Source of the DNA: Octopus vulgaris
Lineage: Eukaryota
Assembly (NCBI GenBank): GCA_951406725.2
Contig: OX597815.1
Coordinates: 109,492,001 to 109,556,000, forward strand
Length of the DNA stretch: 64,000 bases
Reading direction: 5' to 3'
Each line of letters opens with the position of its first letter. The first letter of the stretch is position 1. The translations under genes were made by a program, and so were the position numbers. The notes under the pieces are model-generated. The model was not told where the DNA came from and did no database searches. It was given only the letters and a program-made list of their open reading frames with translations. Below are positions 12,263 through 26,142 of this stretch, piece by piece.

Positions 12263-12480
12263 CTTTTAACAATTTTTGTACAGGTCCAAATATATAATTA
12301 TGAAAACACAATAGGACTTTTTAAATATCGAATGGTTTTGTGTGTGTCTATCAGTAAAATGGTAATCAAAGGGATCCATAGGTGAAAAATGGTTGAAAAC
12401 CACTGGTTTTGAAGAAGGCAACCAAGGAAATATAAAATGTTTTGAACGTATATATATTCAGGCCGCTAGCACTATATACA

Positions 12481-12541
<61 letters not shown>

Positions 12542-12641
12542 GTGGTGTACAAGTTTTATATATTAAGAAAAAGACGGTAGTCAGGATGTCTATCCATTTC
12601 AGAGATTCATTATGAATGATTTCTTATTGAAAATTCATAAC

Positions 12642-12713
<72 letters not shown>

Positions 12714-12739
12714 GTGTGTGCGTGTGTGCGCGTTTGCGT

Positions 12740-12770
<31 letters not shown>

Positions 12771-13374
12771 GGATAGTTGAGTTTTTAAAAAAATCTGGAG
12801 TTGAATTTGTTTTCTTGAGTTTTCGAAGATCTTTGTTATATTGAAATTTCTTTCTAAGATGCAACAATTTTAAGTATCTCTGAAGGAAAAGGGAAAGAAT
12901 TTTAAGGAAATGTGAGAAATTTCGCGATTGGATTCACCTGTAAGTGAAGCAGGACATGTCTTTCTTTTGAAGATTTGAAGCTGAAAACACGGTAACCATT
13001 GTATCTATTGCAACCAGAAGTGAAGTTCATTTCAATAAAATTTCACTAATTAAACCTTTGCAATAACATCAAGATAAAGCGTTTTTGGTGAATTATCCTG
13101 CTTCTTCACAGCTAGCAGAGCTAATGTGATTAGTGTTAGACGATATAATCTGAACTTAACTTGTGCGTCAGATTTACACGGGAATCTATTTGTTTGTGGT
13201 TAGATTTAGTTGTCCGTGTGTTTATTGTAGTTTTGTACTATGTTGTGATTACCGTTTCTATTATTATTTACGTTCTGAGTTCAAATCACACCAAAGTCAA
13301 CCTAATCTTCGATATTTCCATGGTGGATAAAATGAAGTACCAGTGAAGTACTGAGTTCGACTCACCTCATATCT

Positions 13375-13680
13375 AAATTGATGATGTAATTGATGATGCA
13401 ATCTCTGTTCATTCAATGAGAGTCGGGCGATAAGAGTTCTCCAAGCGGTACCATTCTGAACCAAAAAACACACAACTTCCAATGGTGACACCCATCTCGG
13501 TCAGGTCTTCGCCGGCCTACCTACATTTATTCTCCCTCATTCAACTGTCCCTTGCGCTAATCGATCTATCCTACGGTAAGCAATATAGATGTCCAATCAG
13601 CTTCCTTCGTCTAGCTGTGATGCTAACTTGCAGTTCACTTAGGCTAGCTTTTCTACGATTTCATCGTTCGTGATGTCAGG
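13375..13680 (-). mobile_element. RTE-clade LINE 3' end fossil
   Basis: Frameshifted translation ITNDEIVE..ASLSELQVSITARRRKLIGHLYCLP*DR...EDLTEMGVT../..VQNGTAWRTLIARL matches the RTE ORF C-terminus (I.NEEV...RR.R..GH..R...DR...DL..MG...AQDR..WR.LV..L). It ends in a short tandem repeat (CATCATCAATT)x2. Confidence 0.7.
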
Positions 13681-14111
13681 ATATTTCTAAGGCAATGAAA
13701 AATGTCACTTAGATCAGAAACAATTGCTAATAGTCTATTATTCAAAGGAATTCAGTAGAGTATAGATGTTTTTCTATGTATTTTTCCTTTTGTGTTGTAA
13801 ATTAAATTTACAGAATGCCTTTTACCTTTTACTTGTTTCAGTCTCTTGACTACGGCCATGCTGGGGCGTCGTTCAAAGGGCTATAGTTCAACAAATCGAC
13901 GGCAGGACTTTCTTTTTAAGTCTGGTTCTTATTCTATCAAAGTCTTTTTGCCGAACCGCTAGGTTATAAAAAAAATAAATAATGTATGCAAAAAGTCCTG
14001 ACAAGTGATAAGAGTGGAATACAATCGTTTCAGTGCATTTAATAACGTGTCTAGAAGGAAAGCTGCTCATTACTTACGTATGTGTGTGTACACGTAAAAG
14101 TAAGTAACGTA

Positions 14112-14252
14112 ATACATACATACATACATACATACATACATACATACATACATACAAACATACACACAAACATGCATACATACATGCATACATACATACA
14201 TACATACATACATACATACATACATACATACATACATACATACATACATACA

Positions 14253-14286
<34 letters not shown>

Positions 14287-14537
14287 CATACATACATACA
14301 TACAAACATACATACATACATGCATACATACATACATACATACATACATACATACATACATACATGCATACATGCATACACACATATATACATACATACA
14401 TACATACACACAAACATACGTACATACATGCATACATGCATACATACATACATACATGCATACATACATACATACATACATACACACAAACATACATACA
14501 TACATACATACATACACGCACACATACATACATACAT
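14112..14537 (+). repeat. Long (CATA)n microsatellite
   Basis: Direct reading; source of the MYVC/HTYI pseudo-ORFs. Confidence 0.95.
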
Positions 14538-14790
14538 ATCATTGGGGCCCTGAGATATGTAACACACTGCCTAAATACGAATCTTGAGAAATTAGGCTTC
14601 TCAAAACCAGAAAGAAGAAAGCTAATTTGAAGACTACAGACCCAATCCATCACTGGAACTGTAAAAATCTGTAAAAACTTTCCAGAAAGTTTATCATTTA
14701 AATATATATGAGCATGCCTATATATGCAACTACATGCTTGAGAATACATACATAAAACACACATCTGCACATACATGTATGCATACATAC
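14538..14790 (+). mobile_element. Severely 5'-truncated copy of the RLE (R4/Dong-like) LINE inside a (CATA)n array
   Basis: Translates IIGALRYVTHCLNTNLEKLGFSKPERRKLI*RLQTQSITGTVKICKNF. Nucleotide homology to 3230-3485 (reverse complement). (CATA)n on both sides. Confidence 0.85.
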
Positions 14791-14814
14791 AAACATACAT
14801 ACATACATACATAC

Positions 14815-14845
<31 letters not shown>

Positions 14846-14901
14846 CATACATACATACATACGTACGTACGTACGTACTTACATACACGCAATATATATA
14901 C

Positions 14902-14956
<55 letters not shown>

Positions 14957-15503
14957 AGTTTGATGGAGACTGCCACACACACACGCGCACACAAATAAAC
15001 ACACACACACACACACAAACACACATTTATATATATACACACACACACCTTTTGTGTTCTATTTGCTGTTTGTTCAACCTAGCATATATGTACACACACA
15101 CATATGCAAAAATTTATGTAGCCATATATATGTGTGTGTTTACGTGCGTATGTGAGTGTGTTAGTGTGTGTGTGTGTATATAAAATCATCACGTGATTGC
15201 TAGACAAGAGTGCACATAGACACGCGCGGGCGCACACACACTTACACAAACACACATATGATGGGCGTCTTTCAGTTTCCATCACAAAATTTTGGTCGGC
15301 CTGGAACTTTGTATTGCATTGTTATTTTTAGAAGAGTAAATATTTATCATTTTACAAGAACGATGACAGTATAACAGTGACTTCGAATTTTGGGCCTGAT
15401 ATCGCTCCGTCGAAGGCTAGGAGGTTGAACCTACGAAATCAATCTCACCATTCTTCTTAAAAATATAATACACACACACTCATATACACACAAACACGCT
15501 GAT

Positions 15504-15539
<36 letters not shown>

Positions 15540-15564
15540 GAAATTTTCTGAATTGAGTACTTTC

Positions 15565-15601
<37 letters not shown>

Positions 15602-15721
15602 AGTATAAATGACGTTGTAGCCCCGGATTCGGGTGGAGGGCCACAATGGGAATACCGTACCTTTTAAACGTACCAGGACCTAAAATTTATATATTTACGA
15701 AAAATGTGAAATTTGTTCTCA

Positions 15722-15767
<46 letters not shown>

Positions 15768-15774
15768 CCTGCTT

Positions 15775-15887
15775 GCTTAGCCAACGGGGTGGCGTCATTT
15801 GAAGGCTAAAACAATGCGAAGCGCATTGTGACCAGCGATGTGTAGTAACATCTGATAGCCTGGTCGGTCACGGTGATCACGGTGATA
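15775..15887 (+). mobile_element. Retroposon 3' tail fragment ending in tandem CACGGTGAT repeats, within (TA)n
   Basis: GC-richer island ending ...GGTCACGGTGATCACGGTGAT(AT)n. Short tandem tails are typical of LINE/SINE 3' ends. Confidence 0.45.
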
Positions 15888-17129
15888 TATTTATATATAT
15901 ATATATATCGCAAATTACGTTAAATGATGATGATGATGATGATAAATGCAAACACATATATACGCATATATGCACATCTACAAATACAAATTCATGAACA
16001 CACAAATACAGACATACTCACATACATAAATACATACATACATACATACATACATACATACATACATAAATATATATATACATGAATACATACATACATT
16101 TATACATAAATACATACATACATACATAAATAAATACATACATAAATACATACACATACATACATACATACATACATACATACATACATAAATACATACA
16201 TACAAACACATACTCACATCACACATACATACATACATACATAAACACACATACACATACATACATACATACATACATACATACATACAAATACATACTC
16301 ACATGCATACATACATACATACATACATACATACATACATACATACAAATACATACTCACATACATGCATGCATACATACATACATACATACAAAGATAC
16401 ATACATACAGTATACATATACCTCGTAGTACAGCATAAAAGCGTGTGATAATCTATTGAAAGAGGCGGGATTGTTTGCATGTAATCGCACCCTACGACTA
16501 CTGCAGTGCTCTACTCACCATCCACCACAACCTTCCTTGTTTCTGGGTGAGAGGAGGTGACTGGGCGTTGGGAAGAGTAGCATTAACAAGGCAATCAGTC
16601 TGATATAGGAGGGAGAAACGGAAGGCATGGGTGTGAATGAATATTTTAAAGAAGAGAAAAATAAAGTGATAGGCATGGTTGTGCAAAGGAGGCGACGGCG
16701 ACTTTTAAGGCAGAAAGGAAATGTGACGGGCGAAGTGATAAGAGCGTGCAAAGGAGTAAAATATTGCACTGTGCATTAGAAGGAGGGTAGAAGGAGGAGG
16801 AGGTGGCTGTGTATGTGTGTGTGTGTGTGTGTGAAGGGGATTGGGGGTGAAAATGTTTAGGGATTTGAAGCAGGAGAGAGTCATAAAACATATATATAGA
16901 AAAAAATAGAGACAGAAGGAGAAATGGCTCAGTCTAATTGACGCAAGCACACACATAAACGCGCGTACGTTGCACATCCTCGTCCGTTTCACGCATGTAA
17001 ACAAATATTTGCCGTTTGACTCTCCTCTTCTCCTTTTCTCTCTCCCTATCTCTCCCATCCTCCCTCTCTCTCCTTATATATATCTATATATGTGTGTGTG
17101 TGTGTGTGTGTGCGCGTAGACAGACAGAC

Positions 17130-17185
<56 letters not shown>

Positions 17186-17387
17186 TACTTGGTTTAGTAA
17201 TTGGGCCGCGGCCATGCTGGGGCACCACCTTAAAGGATTTAGTTCGACAAAACGACCCTAGTACTCTAGAATAAGTCTGGCACTTTATTCTCTCGTTATG
17301 TTGTGGGAATGTAAGCAAATCAACGCCGGTTGTCAGGGGGTGTGAAGGGACACAAAGACACATACACACACACACACACACACATAC

Positions 17388-17439
<52 letters not shown>

Positions 17440-17441
<2 letters not shown>

Positions 17442-18110
17442 TCTTCAGTCATTTGATTTTGATTTCGCCTTTTCTTCTGTTTTTCGATTGACCATTTTTG
17501 CAGTGGCTAGCTTGGAAAACTATATATTTTCCTGCGTCAATATAAACTACATTCAGGTTAGAATGAACTGAAGATTAGTTAAGCTGATTTGTGATCTTTA
17601 CTTCTTGCGTAACAAGCTTCAGTTTATTATGAAACATTTGTAGTGTGCAATTTACCTTTTCCATTGTTTATTGCATTTTATTTACATTCTTTGCAGCTTT
17701 CGTTGCTAAACCATCAGTAAATCTTAAGAAGGTCTTGCAGATTTTCGTAGTCCCTGATATCGTGATCATCTGTTGGTTATGAATTAAGGATTTGCTTTCT
17801 CTCCCCAAGATTCCAAGTTTGCTCCTGAGTGGTTGGTATGTATTCTTTTGCGTCAGAAATAATGGGTATGGAGCTGAAAATTTATCTTTGGTACTGGATC
17901 TGCAAATTCCTTACCAATGGTCCATTGATGTCCTCTTTCTCTTGTATTTTTCTAACCACATTCGTGTCCAGAGAGCAGCTAATTTCCACAACGGGACATA
18001 TCTTTTCTTCATGCTCCTTCTCAACAATATCTGGCTGGTTGTATCGTAAAGTTGGTGGCTGTTTTAATCTTCAAGTTCCCCGCGTATTCTTTTGAATACT
18101 GGTGGAACTT
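17440..18110 (-). mobile_element. Divergent sister subfamily of the RLE (R4/Dong-like) LINE, 5'-truncated
   Basis: Translates YNQPDIVEKEHEEKICPVVEISCSLDTNVVRKIQEKEDINGPLVRNLQIQY...ITISGTTKICKTFLRF, colinear with the 3135-3975 protein. The 5' junction abuts (CATA)n and the presumed 3' end abuts (CA)n. Confidence 0.75.
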
Positions 18111-18344
18111 GTATGTATGTATGTATGTATGTATGTATGTATGTATGTATGTATGTATGTATGTATGTATGTATGTATGTATGTATTTATGTATGTATGT
18201 ATGCATGTATGTATGTATGTATGTATTTATGTATGTATGTATGCATGTGTGTATGTATGTATGTATGCATGTATGTATGTATGTATGTATGTATGTATGT
18301 ATGTATGTATGTATGTATGTGTGTGTGTGCGTGCATGTATGTAT

Positions 18345-19068
18345 ATCAGTGGTTAGGGCGTTGCACTCAAGATCGTAAGATTGTGGTTTCAATTCTCAGA
18401 CCGGGAGATGCATTGCGTTATCTTCATGTACATGTCTTCTGCTATAGCCCCCGGCTAACCGAAACCTTGTAAGTGGATTTGGCATACAGAAACTGAAAGA
18501 AACCATATATCTATGGGTGTTATTTTGTTTACATCCCCGTAACATAGCGGTTCGGTATAAACGATTGATAGAATAAGCAAGAGACGTTAAATTATAAGTA
18601 CTGGGTTAGATTTGTTCGACTAAAACCCTTCAAGTGGTACCACAGCATAGCTGCAGTCCAGTAAGTGCGGGAAGATGTTTGCCTTTCAACCGCATGGTTC
18701 CAGGTTCGGTCCCGTTGCGCGGCACCTTGGGCAGGTGCCTTCTACTAGAGCCTCGGTCCGACCAAAGACTTGTTAGTAAATTACGTGTGTGTGTGTGTGT
18801 GTGTATCTGAGAGAGGGAGGGGAGGGTGCTCAGTATGTGCGTTCGTGTACGTAAGTGCGTGTGCGCGTTTCTTTGTCCCCCACCGGCTTTATATCCAGTG
18901 TTACTGTGTTTACATACTCGTAACTTAGCGGTTCGGCAAAGACACAGACAGAATAAGTAACAAGCCTTTAAAAAATAAGTACTGTAGTCATTTCATTCGA
19001 CTAAAACCTTCTTCAAGGCGGTGCCCCAGCATGGCTGCAGTCTAATGACAGAAAATAGTAAAAGATAA

Positions 19069-19070
<2 letters not shown>
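18345..19070 (+). mobile_element. Tandem/composite SINE copies (tRNA head fragment plus two family A units)
   Basis: AGTGGTTAGGGCG...GGTTTCAATTC head, then family A blocks twice, ending CAGCATGGCTGCAGTCTAATGAC..AAAAGATAAA. Confidence 0.75.
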
Positions 19071-19158
<88 letters not shown>

Positions 19159-19189
19159 CACACTGAGAGGGAGAGGTAGCTAGATAGGC

Positions 19190-19283
<94 letters not shown>

Positions 19284-20132
19284 GTCCAGTGCTTCAACTG
19301 CTATTTCTTGGAGGTCTTACCAACGACATGCGTTCGTTGTACAGTAGTTACCAGTAGTAATAAGCAGGTTAATGTCTTATGTATTTGCAATGTATGTATG
19401 CGTGTGTGTGTGCGTGTGTGTGCATGTGTGTGTCTGTGCCTGTGTGTGTATCTGGGAGAGAGTGTGAGAGAGAGAGAGAGAGAGAGGCTCAGTAGGTGCG
19501 CTCGTGTGAGAGAGAGAGCGAGGTAGAAAGGTGTGCAGAGACATAGCGAACGAGAGGTAGATAAATAATGAGACGGGAAGAGGTAAATTGGAGTGGCAGC
19601 ACGAAGGAAGAAAATAAAAGGGAAAGATAACACATCCATGTATCCGTAGATGTATGTGTGAGTGTGTGTGTGTGTGTGTGTTTGAGAGAGAGAGAGAGAG
19701 AGAAAGCGAGAGTGCGTGTGAGGAAGAGATAAGGGAAACAGATGATATAGAGAACGTGAGAAAGGTTACAGAGAAAGGTCGGAAGTTGAGGAGCGGGAGG
19801 AAAAGATAGAGAGAGCAAATGTGCTTATGGAAGTGTGTGTGTGTGTGTGTGCATGTGCATGTGTATGTGAGTGTGTGTGTGTGTGTGTGTGTATGTATGT
19901 GTGTGTGTATGTGTTTGTGGTCTGTGTCAATGTGTAAAAGTGCAAACGCACACACGCATAATAATCGAGTCCGCCTAGCAGCTAAAAAAGCAAACGAGAG
20001 CGAAGCAGCTTTTCCTCAAGTGACTCGTTTCCACATTGAAATGCAGCAAGGTTTATGATAAATATATGCTTATAGTTATGAATGCGTGTTTTTGTATAGA
20101 TAGAAAGACACATACGCCGACAGAGAGACAAA

Positions 20133-20630
<498 letters not shown>

Positions 20631-20974
20631 AGGTTTTTTTGATGCAACTGTCAACTGCTACGTAATGAGAACGAGATTCTAATTTTGATCGACTAAGAGA
20701 TGATGATGATGATAGTGATATTCTTGTTGATGATACTTCCGCGACATCATTACCACCACAATCATTATTAGTAAGAATAATAAAGGCTGCTGACAAAACA
20801 ATTCAAGACCACATTAATTAAAACCATAATTAGTAATACACACACACACACACGCAAACATACAGGGAGATGAAAAATGAGCGCGGGAAATAGACTATAT
20901 ACCATAGTAGCAACACCCTTGTAAAGCAGACTAGTCATACATCATTCAGTATACCTATTTTTCTATTTGGTTTT

Positions 20975-21007
<33 letters not shown>

Positions 21008-21024
21008 TTATCATTATTATAAAT

Positions 21025-21215
21025 ACGCCGGGCAAAATGCTTAGCGGCATTTTGTCTGTCTGCGCGTTCGGGGTTCAAATTCCGCCGAGGTTCGACTTTG
21101 CATTTCGTCTTTTCGGGGTTCAAATAAATTAAGTACCAGTTGAACACTGACATCGATGTAATTGAATTGCACCCTCCTTCAAAATCCCTGGCCTTGTGTC
21201 AAAATTTGAAACCAC
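21025..21215 (+). mobile_element. SINE family B followed by (ATT)n tail
   Basis: GGGTTCAAATTCCGCCGAGGTTCGACTTTGC...TTTCGGGGTTCAAATAAATTAAGTACCAGTTG, then (ATT)n. Confidence 0.8.
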
Positions 21216-21269
<54 letters not shown>

Positions 21270-21302
21270 CATTATTATTATTATTATTACTATTATTATT
21301 AC

Positions 21303-21399
<97 letters not shown>

Positions 21400-21495
21400 T
21401 AGATAATTAATTAATTAGTTCATTATCATTATTATTATTATTATTACTACTACTACTACTACTACTATTACTACTACTACTACTACTACTACTAC

Positions 21496-21592
<97 letters not shown>

Positions 21593-21778
21593 TAGATAAT
21601 TAATTAATTAGTTCATTCATTTCCTCATTCAAACCTGTTAATTTGTTAGTCTCTCGCACCCCTCACACATACTCACAAAAACGCATACGCAAGGAAACAT
21701 ATACACACAACCATTTCATGCTACACATACAAGTCTTCCTCTCAGCCTTTCACTCATTCTTTCTCTCTCAACAACATT

Positions 21779-21820
<42 letters not shown>

Positions 21821-22347
21821 TGAGCATACGTAAGTAAGGAAACATATACACACAACCATTTCATGCTACACTGAAAGTCAATGAGAAATATATGCATCTA
21901 ATAAAATATATATCTATATCTTTAAGGTCTTAAGAAATTGAGTCATGCTTCTAAATTGATCGTTATCTATTTAAATGTAGAATCGATACAGAACACATCA
22001 AATTTAGACAAAACACATATACACGCTCACACAAACACACACATATGTAGGTATATACATGCACGCACATGCATGGTTTGTATGTATGTATGTATGTATG
22101 TATGTATATTGAAAAAATACACGAACACATTGAGGATCTAATATATCGCTCACTACCACCACCACCACTACCACCGCCACCACTGGTGCCACAAGAGCCA
22201 GCACCAGCAACTCTAATACCCATATTTCGAATGCTATTACCCACCACCAGCACCGCTACCACCACCACCACCACCGCTACCACCACCACCACCACCAACA
22301 CCACCAACACCACCACCGCCATCAGCACCACCCTCAATTTCCTCCAT

Positions 22348-22381
<34 letters not shown>

Positions 22382-22778
22382 GCACGACACCGGTTTGCAA
22401 ATAAGCATATAGAGTTATACAGATCCTGCCTTTCTGTAAACAAATATCTCGTAGGCGCTTCGTATCCGCGATAAAAGTTACAATCGACAATATACGTATA
22501 TAAACGTCTACGTAAACTACCGACTGTATAAATATATACACGTGTATTTATATATATACATATCTGTATATACATATACATATACATACAGATATATATA
22601 TTTATTTATTTATGTTTGTATATGTGTTTGTATATACAACAAAAGAGAATTTTTACGTAGATTTTTAGGCAGATATGTAACATTTTTTTGGCAAAAAAGG
22701 ACAACTTTACTACACATACCAGTATCTGAGTGGTAGGTAAACAAGTCAGTCTTCTGTGTGCGTTTATAATACACACAA

Positions 22779-22809
<31 letters not shown>

Positions 22810-23002
22810 CGCACACATGCTCATATATATATACACACACATCTCATGCATACATCATACATGAACTATATAATTATTTATTACATGTAGTCTGTATAAA
22901 AATACACAGTATTTATTAGCTTATGAACACGGTTGCAGTTGCACATATGTACTAAAAAAAACAAAAAAACAACAAAACAGCACTACCAAAAACAACAACA
23001 TC

Positions 23003-23050
<48 letters not shown>

Positions 23051-23374
23051 TAAGCAAAAAGAACGAAATATTTTGTATTTTCTGCGATACGAATGTGCAC
23101 AGTCAATAATACTAGGATATATAATATATATATATGTAAGCATACAGATACTTAGCGTATATATAAACAATTGTATGGTAGAATCAAAGACGCACGTACA
23201 CTTATACATATAAACAGACGTTCACCCCACATACATTATATACACATAAAGAAGCTTTACAAACTTAATATACACACGCTGACATACACACATACAAACA
23301 TAAACTCATATTTAGAAACATATACGAACATACGTACATACATACATACATACATACATACATACATACATACA

Positions 23375-23406
<32 letters not shown>

Positions 23407-23737
23407 CTTACGTGCATCCATACATTCGTACGTGCATCCATACATCTCGTACATACACGCGGTGAGACGTTCAATTGAAATCTCGGTGTTCCTCCATCCC
23501 GCGAACGGTTTGTTTATCATCCATCACTGGTCAATCTGTATAGCCTAGCCAAATCCCTGTCAAACAAATGACCACCATGATTCGACTTCACTAAGTTTGC
23601 AGAAAACTATGGCTGCCACTGTTATCGGGGTAAGTAAATAAACACGTATTCTCATTTATTTTCTTTATTGACATCCCTTTACCGTACAGATCAGTTCGCT
23701 TACTGACTGGTTGATTCATACACATAGAAGAAACGAA

Positions 23738-23811
<74 letters not shown>

Positions 23812-24263
23812 GTTATGTATGTGTATATAATTCGATATATATATTGTAGAGGAAGATAGCAATTTTTCTGATTAACGTTAGGGGTGGAGAGGTGTGTCTG
23901 TTACTACCGAATGTCTGTTTTAATGAATTTAACTTGGGGATCATCCATATCATGTGTGATAATTAAAACACCTTTAAAATAGCATGCGCTTACACACAAA
24001 CAAACATACGCACACAGATACACACACTCACACTCACACAAATATAACTGAATTAAGTGAGACATATTTAATTTAATAGAGTATTTGGTGAGTATTTTCC
24101 CATAACTGCAGTGGTATTGTGATATTTTTATTATCATATTTCAGTCCGATAAACCCGAAATCCCTTAATTATCAAGGGTCCTTTAAAACGAAGTCTTACT
24201 ATGTAATTAATCTATCTATCTGTCTATGTAACTATGAAGTATGTATATATGTGTGTACGTATT

Positions 24264-24300
<37 letters not shown>

Positions 24301-24337
24301 ATGTATGTATGTATGTATGTATGTATGTATGTATGTA

Positions 24338-24370
<33 letters not shown>

Positions 24371-25590
24371 ATCTTTCTATTTATCTAGCTAGCTCTCTTT
24401 ACATACACACATGCGAACATACATGCATGCATACACACATATATATATATTCACATGCACACACAGACACATACATGCATGCATATATACAAGCAAATGT
24501 TATAATGCTGAAAGATGCTGTATTTGTTGGATTTTATTAACGCTATATGATGTATATATGCAAAATAAAAACAAAAAAATACTCTACTTATCACATACCG
24601 TATATTTTTATTCACACACACGCAAATATAAATTTACATCCCAACATTTACATGTTTGAATAATTTCTGTTATACATTTTTTAAATATTTGATATTTAAT
24701 ATTCCATCGGCGTTTTTAACGTAAAGACAACTGAATACTCATTCGCATCTTATAAGGTGTTAGTTAGTCGAGCTAATTTGTCAAAAATAGGGATGGAATA
24801 TCAGAACCTCCACGTTACGTGTCATTGAGGGAGTCTTTACGATCAGTCTGCTAGAAATAACAGCCAAATCTACCTAACATCGCACCAATAATATCATTAA
24901 AGTGGCACGAATGTCACTGTCATAGGTAGGTAATGAAGATTAGGCTAACGACAGGGTTAAAATATATCTCGAACAACAAGCGTGCCCTTTACGTCTCGTA
25001 AAAAATTAGAGCATATCTTCGATGATAAATACAGAAGCCAAGCTGATTGGTGGCTATACAGCATTAACCGATCGAAACAACGTGGGGGAGATTCTATATG
25101 GCCTCTAGAACTGTTGTAATTAGCAGAATGTGTATAGAGCTAGAGTACTGAGTGTGCTAGATTTTGTAATTTATTATTGGATGGTTTGAGAGAAATTTGC
25201 TGCTATTTCTGGCTTGTGCAGCGAGCTCTCAGAGTTAGCTCTCTTCGTTAGTTACAATTTAAAAATTTCCTTCTTACTCTTGTATAAGACTCAAGTCGAT
25301 CCATTTCACTAAGACCTGTATTCAAAAGCATTCCAACCATGGCCAATTCGCCTTCCTTCTGCGTATAATACGCCTAATGGCACACGTTATCTCGTGTTAT
25401 CTCATGTATACGTATTCTTAGCCCGCTATTTCAAGCAAATCGTGTTACCACGTACAGAGACACCATGTATATGTACTGTAAAATTATGTTATATGTATGT
25501 GTGTGTATTACACACACTTACCTGTGTATCTGTGTTGTTTTGTAATTTATGAATGTATATGTACATAAGTATGCGTGCGTGAATACATAT

Positions 25591-25672
<82 letters not shown>

Positions 25673-25754
25673 ATATAAATAAATATATATATAAATATAT
25701 AATTATTATTATAATTATAATTAAGGGTATCTAAGAGATACCACCATGCTAGAT

Positions 25755-25857
25755 ATAGCAGCCAAATCTTGACTCTAAAACCACATTAAATGTTCATACA
25801 GCACCTGCTGCTGTATGAACATTTAATGTGGTTTTAGAGTCAAGTTTTGGTTGCTAT
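25755..25857. repeat. Inverted repeat/hairpin: 36-bp perfect stem extendable to ~49 bp, 5-nt loop
   Basis: 25768-25803 is the exact reverse complement of 25809-25844; loop CCTGC. Confidence 0.95.
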
Positions 25858-25973
25858 TATAATTTTAATAATAATTATTACCTTCGAAAGTTTTTATTCC
25901 CACCCTGGCCACCTGATAAGATCGGTATTGAAATAACTATTTTATATTTATTTATATAAATATATAAATGTAT

Positions 25974-26004
<31 letters not shown>

Positions 26005-26098
26005 TGTGTGTGTGTGTGTGTGTGTGTACATATGTATGTGTATATACGTGTGTGTACTGACAGATACATAGATAGGTAAGTAGGTAGATAGATAGATT

Positions 26099-26142
<44 letters not shown>

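Larger units (their letters stand above)
11218..12405. mobile_element. Old hAT-type non-autonomous DNA transposon carrying two nested SINEs
   Basis: Ends CAGTAGTTCCCAACT / GGTTGAAAACCACTG (CAGTGGTT..CAAC-type TIR). Subterminal (G)TCCAT repeats at both ends. Decayed 8-bp flanks ATTTGGAG / GTTTTGAA (5/8 match). Confidence 0.6.
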
